64,000 nucleotides of DNA from Octopus vulgaris. Its lineage: Eukaryota. Under the pieces are notes generated by a model, which saw nothing but the letters and a program-made list of their open reading frames with translations, was not told where the DNA came from and ran no database searches. The stretch is from assembly GCA_951406725.2 (NCBI GenBank), contig OX597814.1:59892001-59956000 (forward strand), in the 5' to 3' direction. Of this stretch, positions 56,962-64,000 are shown in pieces. The translations under genes and the position numbers were made by a program. Position 1 is the first letter of the stretch; the number at the start of each line of letters is the position of its first letter.

Positions 56962-57036
<75 letters not shown>

Positions 57037-57037
<1 letters not shown>

Positions 57038-57458
57038 GGAGTGGCTGTGTGGCAAGTAGCTTGTTTACCAGCCACATGGTTCCGGGTTCAGTCCCACTGC
57101 GCGGCACCTTGGGCAAGTGTCTTCTACTATAGCCTCGGCCCCACCAAAGCCTAGTGAGTGAATTTGGTAGACGGAAACTGAAAGAAGCCCGTCGTATATA
57201 TGTATATATATATATGTGTGTGTATGTATGTGTTTGTGTGTTTGTGTGTCTGTGTTTGTCCCCCTAGCATTGCTTGACAACCGATGCTGGTGTGTTTATG
57301 TCCCCGTCACTTAGCGGTTCAGCAAAAGAGACCGATAGAATAAGTACTGGGCTTGCAAAGAATAAGTCCCGGGGTCGAGTTGCTCGATTAAAGGCGGTGC
57401 TCCAGCATGGCCGCAGTCAAATGACTGAAACAAGTAAAAGAGTAAAAAGAGTAAAAGA
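57037..57458 (+). mobile_element. SINE family A, best-preserved copy, in (TA)n
   Basis: A box TGGCTGTGTGG, B box GGTTCAGTCCC, and tail (GAGTAAAA)n. Confidence 0.92.
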
Positions 57459-59209
57459 GTATATATATATATGTATGTATGTATAAGTGTATGCCTGATT
57501 TGTATGAATAGCTCTCTGAATATACTACTTCAGAATTGCTGACATCACATTTTAGTTTGAAAATAATGTTTATGTTATAAATAATGAATTTAATTTCGTA
57601 TGATGCATTATTGGTTTTAATTAAACAGTAATAGTTATTTCACATATCACATTTCTGATACACTTGTGCGCTATATAATATAATGTATGGAAAAGATTCT
57701 GCGTAGTAACGTTCAGATTTGATAAATTAATAAAAGAATCTTAGGAAGTTCATATATTAAATGAACCCCATAGGCGACAAATGAAGAAACGCATTAACTT
57801 CGGATTTTGCCATAGGAAATGAAATATAACATAAAGAGATGGCAATGTGTAAATGTGATATAGCATTATTATATTTCACTTTCTCTCTTTATTTCAGTTG
57901 TGCACACTTCTTTAATATTTATAAAGACGGAGATCATTTCTAAATCAGCCTTTTCAATTCGGAAATTTACTACACATTTCCACGTAGGAAAGAATGTATG
58001 CTAAGTGTAATGTATGCTAGTTGGATTGGCAGAGAACATGGTTACACGATATGAAGCTTTTGTTCCATAATATATTAAATAAATATACGTCGTTATTGAT
58101 AAACAGAACTGTTAATCATGTGTTTATTACTAGAGCATGTGTATAGCCCGGAAGTTGTTCTTCTTCTTTTCTATATGCTGATTAAATATATAAAACCGAT
58201 TTCAATGTATAGCTTTTATTCAAGATTTCATTGAAGAAAAGTGTGGCAGATCACATTGAATAAAGCAGGCATAAAAAGAAAACCTACTGCAGAAATTATT
58301 GAATGAGGAAAGTAGTCGAGAGAACGATGGGTGTTTTGATAAATGCATAAATACATGTTTTAAACGTATCGCATCACCAAATATTAATTTAGGAAAGAAA
58401 ACCGGTATCAGATGCGAACTTTATGAAGTAAACATAAAATGGAACGTATGTATTAGCTGTCTATAGCATTATTTTCTTTGAAAGAACGTAAAGTTATTGG
58501 AAAGCAAAAATTGGTGACCTAATAGTATTTAATATCCTCTCCTTATAATGAGTGTTCGATTCCACATAGTGTGACACTTATTTTACATTTTGGGGGTTAA
58601 GATACATTAGACTAATTTCAAGAACAAACCTCCACCGGGTCAAAGGTTTTTATTTTCGTTTCTAAAGCTCTTTTCTTTAAACGCAACAACTCCATATTTT
58701 CGCTGAATATAAATAGGTATATGACATCTGTCATTCATTTTCAAAATGTACTTGTAATTAGGTATAACAAATAACACATATAACCTCAGTTAGTGAGTCT
58801 CATTGTAAAAATAAACTATATAGTATTTATTTTTTATCCAAAACGCTAGACAAGCTGAACAGTATAGTAGTATACAGAGTATGAACGATATTTTGCCTCT
58901 CCTCAAAGGGCAATACCGAACAGTAGGTGTTGTTCGATAAATGAGTCAAGAATCTCGCGCAGTTCTTTCTCCACGTATTAAAATTCCATTCTTCTTTCAT
59001 TAAGGAGATCTGAGTTTCAGTATCGATGACATTGGATATCTTTCAGTCCTGCTAAGCGAGAGAAACGTCTCGCAATGTAATATCAATAACCAAGCCATGT
59101 TGGGCGACAGGTGGCTGGAGCTAGCTCTTGTTTAACCACTGTTTATGGACGTAGGAATGGAGGAAAGAAAACATCTCCTTCGCATTGCTACGTGCTCGGA
59201 TCCGTGGTT

Positions 59210-59455
59210 CACTTCCAGCGATCGCGACATTTCATCAACCAGAAGGAGTTGGATGCTTCAGTGAAGGGATTTTTCGACTCATTAGAAAATAACTCGTATC
59301 AATGCGGCAACGAAGCGTGGGAACTGGCAGACTAGGGGATTCAGACGGTGCAACGCGATGACCTCTACTTTGAACGCTAGGCTGCATTCGTTGAAACTTG
59401 ACATATAAAGCTAAGTTACCAAAGAATTACAAAACCTTTGATTCCACACAATAAA
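59210..59455 (+). pseudogene. Mariner 3' fragment with TIR remnant
   Basis: RSRHFINQKELDASVKGFFDSLENNSYQCG..ELAD*GIQTVQRDDLYFER* is a mariner C-terminus, followed by a TIR-like CAAAACCTTTGATTCCACACAATA. Confidence 0.65.
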
Positions 59456-60235
59456 TGTGGAGAGAAAGACAGGGACAAAATACATCTTTGTGCATATATG
59501 TGTGCGTGTGCGTACGTGATGTGTGTGCGTGTGTGCGTGTGTGTGTGTGTTCCATATTAAATCCTCGTATATGCACCACCTCAGTGATATTAATTCATCA
59601 CTGTTGCAATCAGGATAGCCGCATCATGGAATTTGACTTTAAACGCGGCAAAACTCTGCTAATTTTATTCTCAATGAGGATCTCCGTTTTTATTTGACGT
59701 CATTCGTTAATCGTCTCCATGTTCCATTTCCCTTGTGTCTATTACATTCTTAGTATGACAGCATGCTAGCTGTCTCTTTGTGACTTCTATTTTCGTTTTG
59801 ACCATCATATCCGTTTCTTCTCTCTTCTTTCTCGCCTTGTTTCTATTTTTCCCCTGTTATTACTTTTATCGAATGGTCCTTGCTTCGTCTTAATGTCACT
59901 CATCATTTTCCCCCTATCTATCGACTTTCCTTCCTGTTGTTATCTGTTTTTTTTTATTATTTCCTTTCGTTCATGCCTCATCTTCTCTTTCTTTCCCACT
60001 CTCTTATTTCATCTATCCTACCACCTCTATTGAAATTTAGTCCCAAATTTCTTTAATCCAATTCTCTCTTTGTCAGTGAAAACTACTATTTAATCCATAT
60101 ATGTCTTTTAAACGCACCGAATCTATGCTAACTCTTGTTCCCATGGTTGATGATAGGATTTGCATGCTTATGTTTGGTCAAATGTGTCCATGTTCAATTT
60201 TCATTCCTGCTACGTGAATACGTAGCAGCGATAGC

Positions 60236-62103
60236 CTAAGCCAAAATTATGCTAAGACAGAATTATGTACTTTTATCGAGGTGAGAAATAAAACGATTCA
60301 ACGTTATACATCCTACTAAGAGGGATTGAAGTTCTTAGGGTTTTTTTCAGAAGAAGTGTGACTATTTATCCCACTGAGCCTCCGTTTCTTGATCATAAAG
60401 ACATGTGAACACTTCATTCACTGTCACTAAATCGAGATAGATACCTAGCGTTTTGATATCGTTGTCTTTCCCCGGCCAAAGGAAACCCGTGCACAAGTCA
60501 ATTTCTTATCCATTGGTAATTTTGTTTGTTAGATTCATTAGACTGGAGTATCTTTCGGTAAGGAGATACAACGACATAGAAACACCGAGTGTACCAAGTT
60601 CCTTTTGTTAATGAATTGAGTGTTATGAACACACATTCGTCAGAAAGAAGTCTTTCTCCGATGACGAATTAGAACCTCAATTAGCATTTCTCGTTCGAAT
60701 CTGCCGGACCGTATTAAGAATGGAAATGCGTGTCATCGTTTTTATGTTTCTCGCTGTTTACCGTGCAAAAGATGTTGAATTATACATACACGTGTGTGTG
60801 TGTGTGTGTGTGTGTACATGCATATATATGGAGTGAAATTTCGTACAGATTACCAAATGTTGCTACCATTCATTATTAATTTTATTTTATTTCTATCATC
60901 TTTTTTTTAGTGCTAAAATAAAATGAATGAGCTGACAGAGATAACATCAGCGCTATTATGTTTCCACTCTACTACTGAAGTGCTGTTGTTGTTGTAGCTT
61001 CTTTTTTTAGTTCAATAATACTGTAAACTTTAATATAAAAGGAACTGAATGTACCATTTAATTTTTTTTCCCCTTTCCTGTGCATAGGAAATGAGATCTT
61101 ATTCATTTATAAATCGGGAGACGCGACAGAGGCTAAACGTTTTAGGGTATTTTATATTCACATTATATATACCTGTAATACAGATCTCCGCAATGTTACA
61201 CAATGTTTCTTCATTTACATCTCTAATTGTTGTTTAACCAAAGAAGGTGTCAAGATTACTCGGTGAAAGTTCAAAAGTACTTGAATCTGCCTAGCAATAT
61301 GTTTGTTAATTTTGTTACCTTATTTAATAGGGTTCCACGACCAATGGATATGAAATTTCATAATTACGTGTATAATTTCTATTAGAGTTTCTTTTAGAAA
61401 ACTGTGCAGTTAATAAAATCGTATTTGTACGTATAAATAAAATTAAATCCTGGAAATTTCATATTTTAATGTAGCAGTGTATGAGTTTGGGAGAATTTTT
61501 TGTTATTTCTAACGTTTCGAGCACCGGCTTGCACAATGTCTAGCAAAGAAACAAATAAAAAAAAACATGAATAAATATAGCTGAAATTCTTAACACTTTT
61601 GAGCAGCAGTATCTTCTACATAGAAACATATTTAAAGACTAACTACAGTTAAAAGAAGACCTGAAATGAAATTAATAGAGTTTATTGCATTAGGTTGCAA
61701 GCGAATACAAAAAGCCAGTCTTTGATGAGGTGACAGTGTGATAATATTATTAACGAATATTACAATATTATAAATTAATATCACTTTATTCTTTTACGAC
61801 GTATTAGATATCACTTTCAGTATCCAATGTTCTAAGAATTAAATATACCTCTGCCCGCTTAGGCTCTAATAATATGCAATGACAACTATGCTGGACAAAA
61901 ATAATATCCAATGCTTTCCTGGTGGAGTGCGTGTGCTTGCATATATATGTACGCGTTGCATTTCTTAAGAAAAATATAAAACCTACCATTTGGGCTCTTC
62001 TGATCCTGAAGATGATGACGGTTTCTGAAACATGACAGGAATACAAAAGGAGTAACTCACTTAGCTGTCATGTATGCTTCAGATATATTCTGCTTTTGCC
62101 AAC

Positions 62104-62171
<68 letters not shown>

Positions 62172-62882
62172 TGTACACACATACATACACACAAACATAC
62201 ACACATTCATACGTACATATATGGTGTTATATATCACACACAGACGTACACATGCATATATATGTGTGTGTGTGTGTGTGAAGACGCATGCCTCAGTGGT
62301 TAGAACGTTGAACTTACGATCGTTAGTTTGTGAGTTCGATTCCCCGACCGGGCTACGTGTTGTTTTCTTGAGCAAAACACTTTATTCCTTGTTCTTCCAG
62401 TTCACTCTGCTGTATAAATGTGTTGCGATGTCACTGGTGCCAAGCTGTATCGGCATTTGCCTTTCCCTCGGATAACATCGGTAGTGTGGGGAGGAGAGTT
62501 ATGCATGGGCAACTGCTGGTCTTCCCCGAAAAAACAACCCTAGGATGTGCCAATAAAATTTGCTTTTTATTAGCATCTAAGAGATCGAACTTATATTTAA
62601 CCGTTACATAACTGCAAACTTGTGATAAGGCAATAAAGTAACCTTAGTTTGAAATTTTATAATAATAGCTAATATTTACTGCTCCTTGGTGCAATAAAGA
62701 ACTTAAATTAGCTATACACAACCATGTGTATACTCAGTCTCACAAACTTATACATTTGTCTGTGTACGTCCCCCCTCTCTCTCTCTCTCTCTTTCTGTAT
62801 ATATATAATATACTGTTCTGCAATATATAAAGGAGATCGCGATCGCAAGAAATCTGTGATGATACCTTGAAAATCGATTAAA

Positions 62883-62958
<76 letters not shown>

Positions 62959-63341
62959 ATATGTATGTATGTATGTATGTGTGTGTATGTGAATGTACGT
63001 GTTTTTCCCCCTACCTGAGTCTGTATTTAAATAATAGAAGCCTCATCTGTCAGGGCAAATTGTAAGAATCTAAGCCTTTTCTACCAGGCTTTTAATGTGC
63101 AGAAAAAGTGGGAGTATTCTGTGATGGACTATTTTGCTGTTTGTTGAACGCCCCCCATCCCTCCACAGACTCGATCGTACCGAATATTCCACTGATATCA
63201 AATTGCTGTCAGATGTTGATTTATATCTGCAACGATAGACTAAGCGAAAATTATGCTAAGACAGAATTGTGTACTTTTATGCGCGGTGAGAAATTAAACG
63301 ATTCAACATTATACATCCTTCTAAGAGGAACTGAAGTTTTA
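60236..63341 (+). repeat. Pair of ~100-bp direct repeats (60236-60337 and 63240-63341)
   Basis: CTAAGC(C/G)AAAATTATGCTAAGACAGAATT(A/G)TGTACTTTTAT..GGTGAGAAAT(A/T)AAACGATTCAAC(G/A)TTATACATCCT occurs twice, 3 kb apart. Confidence 0.85.
62282..62550 (+). mobile_element. tRNA-derived SINE (family C-like)
   Basis: A box TGCCTCAGTGG, B box GAGTTCGATTCC, then GTGTTGTTTTCTTGAGCAAAACACTT. Confidence 0.75.
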
Positions 63342-64000
63342 TAGGAGCGTGAGAGAAAATACATGGCAGACTAGAAGAGTTAATACAAAATGTTGGATGA
63401 AAAATAAAGAAGAAAAAGAAATCATGTGGGATATGCATTATGACATTGGAAGTCATCATACTCAAGATATTTTACTCTCACTGGTGATATTAAACTAGCT
63501 GTCATGTCAATATATCGTGAGATTAACGCAGTGCAGGCTCCTTCCTTTCTCTCACACGTCTCACGTTCTCTCTCTCTTTCTTTCTCCCCTTCTCTCTATC
63601 TCTCTCTCTCTCTCTCTCTCTTTTAGAACCCGACCTCCAGATGGTCCAACTAAAAGTTAACTGCATCGATCTCACCAGGCAAAGTTCAAGCACATTGCTC
63701 TTCCCCCTCTGACTAAATGATACGAATCCTGTGAATTCTCGACACCTCGGCGGGTAACACATCACACCATAAACATAGCTAACTATGATACTGTCAGATC
63801 TCAATGACAATGCTAGAGAATACCAATAATATATTGCCAAAATTATCAATCCATTTTTTCATAAGAGCATTTATCTTTATAACATCAGAGAAAATCTACC
63901 CTTTCTTTACCGGTTGCAGGCAGACGATGTGTTTTCTGGTGACTTGCCAAGCATTTAGAAGCAATCTCGACATTTCTTTCCTTTCTTAAATTCGTTCACC

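Noticed and set aside
60590-60700. CTGACGA/ATGACGA motifs in a small inverted repeat
   Set aside because: No properly placed GAAA plus stem III.
62006-62040. CTGAAGA...GAAA-CATG-AC hammerhead look-alike
   Set aside because: No stem II, the U of NUH is missing, and stem I does not pair.

Overview
This is AT-rich, microsatellite-saturated eukaryotic DNA. The repeat content ((TA)n/(CA)n/(TATG)n mosaics and several tRNA-SINE families) resembles an Octopus/cephalopod genome; that is inferred from repeat resemblance, not verified. No intact host gene is visible, and almost all of the ORF track is microsatellite noise. The window is mostly decayed transposons: a full-length but broken mariner (11282-12553) nested in the 3' end of a decayed hAT-like element, three more mariner relics, a decayed Helitron Rep/Pif1-helicase with an intact 3' hairpin and CTAG end, non-autonomous Helitrons (one a composite carrying a piggyBac fragment), a TTAGGG-containing MITE, and Penelope GIY-YIG and RT fragments. 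It also holds CR1-, RTE-, Hero- and Gypsy-like relics and about 10 SINE copies. The most notable signal is a set of about 10 hammerhead-ribozyme-like motifs (CUGANGA...GAAA + short, mostly palindromic stem III + NUH). They lie in several dissimilar, mostly non-coding elements, many with fold-back arms and several abutting (TA)n. The best cases are 33434-33468 (near-canonical minimal hammerhead) and 13603-14414 (ORF-less ~491-bp terminally redundant unit with a hammerhead and a 211-bp inverted arm; retrozyme-like). A few minus-strand micro-exon candidates may belong to a large host gene, but support is weak.
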